DNA of 37,246 bases, taken from an uncultured Erysipelotrichaceae bacterium (GTDB lineage: Bacteria > Bacillota_I > Bacilli_A > RF39 > UBA660). The number at the start of each line of letters is the position of its first letter. The first letter of the stretch is position 1. Positions 37,200 through 37,246 of this stretch are shown here, piece after piece. The notes under the pieces are model-generated. The model saw only the letters and a program-made list of their open reading frames with translations, made no database searches and had not been told where the DNA came from. A program made the translations under genes and the position numbers. The DNA lies in the NCBI GenBank assembly GCA_902797105.1, contig CADBRL010000029.1, forward strand, positions 1 through 37,246, given 5' to 3'.

Positions 37200-37246
37200 A
37201 TTTTCACATCCTTATGTATTAATTAATATGGTCAAAATTATTAAAA

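Overview
Very AT-rich (visibly under 30% G+C) chromosomal segment of a low-GC Bacillota organism from a spore-forming lineage, Clostridia- or Erysipelotrichia-like. Most genes are core housekeeping genes on the minus strand: srtB (partial), comEB, hisS, the ftsA-ftsZ-spoIIGA-sigE cluster, RNase J, RNase Y, RNase R, class III ribonucleotide reductase, murC, dusB, pduL, rmuC, asnB, yebC, and envelope and transport genes. No rRNA, tRNA, CRISPR array, transposase or integrase was recognised. The main finding is an unannotated type III toxin-antitoxin (ToxIN/AbiQ-like) abortive-infection locus at about 31.0-31.8 kb. It has a promoter, three and a bit tandem 36-nt RNA-antitoxin repeats, an internal terminator, and a ToxN-family toxin gene broken by a 1-nt frameshift in an A7 tract. 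An 84%-identical second copy of its promoter lies just downstream and drives an orphan ToxI-like mini-transcript. Other findings: (a) hisS is preceded by a His-codon-rich leader ORF and a chain of mutually exclusive hairpins ending in a terminator, with no recognisable T-box. (b) NrdD is split so that the glycyl-radical module is a separate 60-aa gene with its own Shine-Dalgarno (SD) sequence. (c) A compositionally foreign two-gene islet (secreted protein plus XRE regulator, with nested palindromes between them) sits between rnr and rmuC. (d) There is a catalytically degenerate histidine-phosphatase-fold protein and an RNase R with a duplicated N-terminal module. All calls come from reading the sequence and from family-level motif recognition. 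No database search was run.
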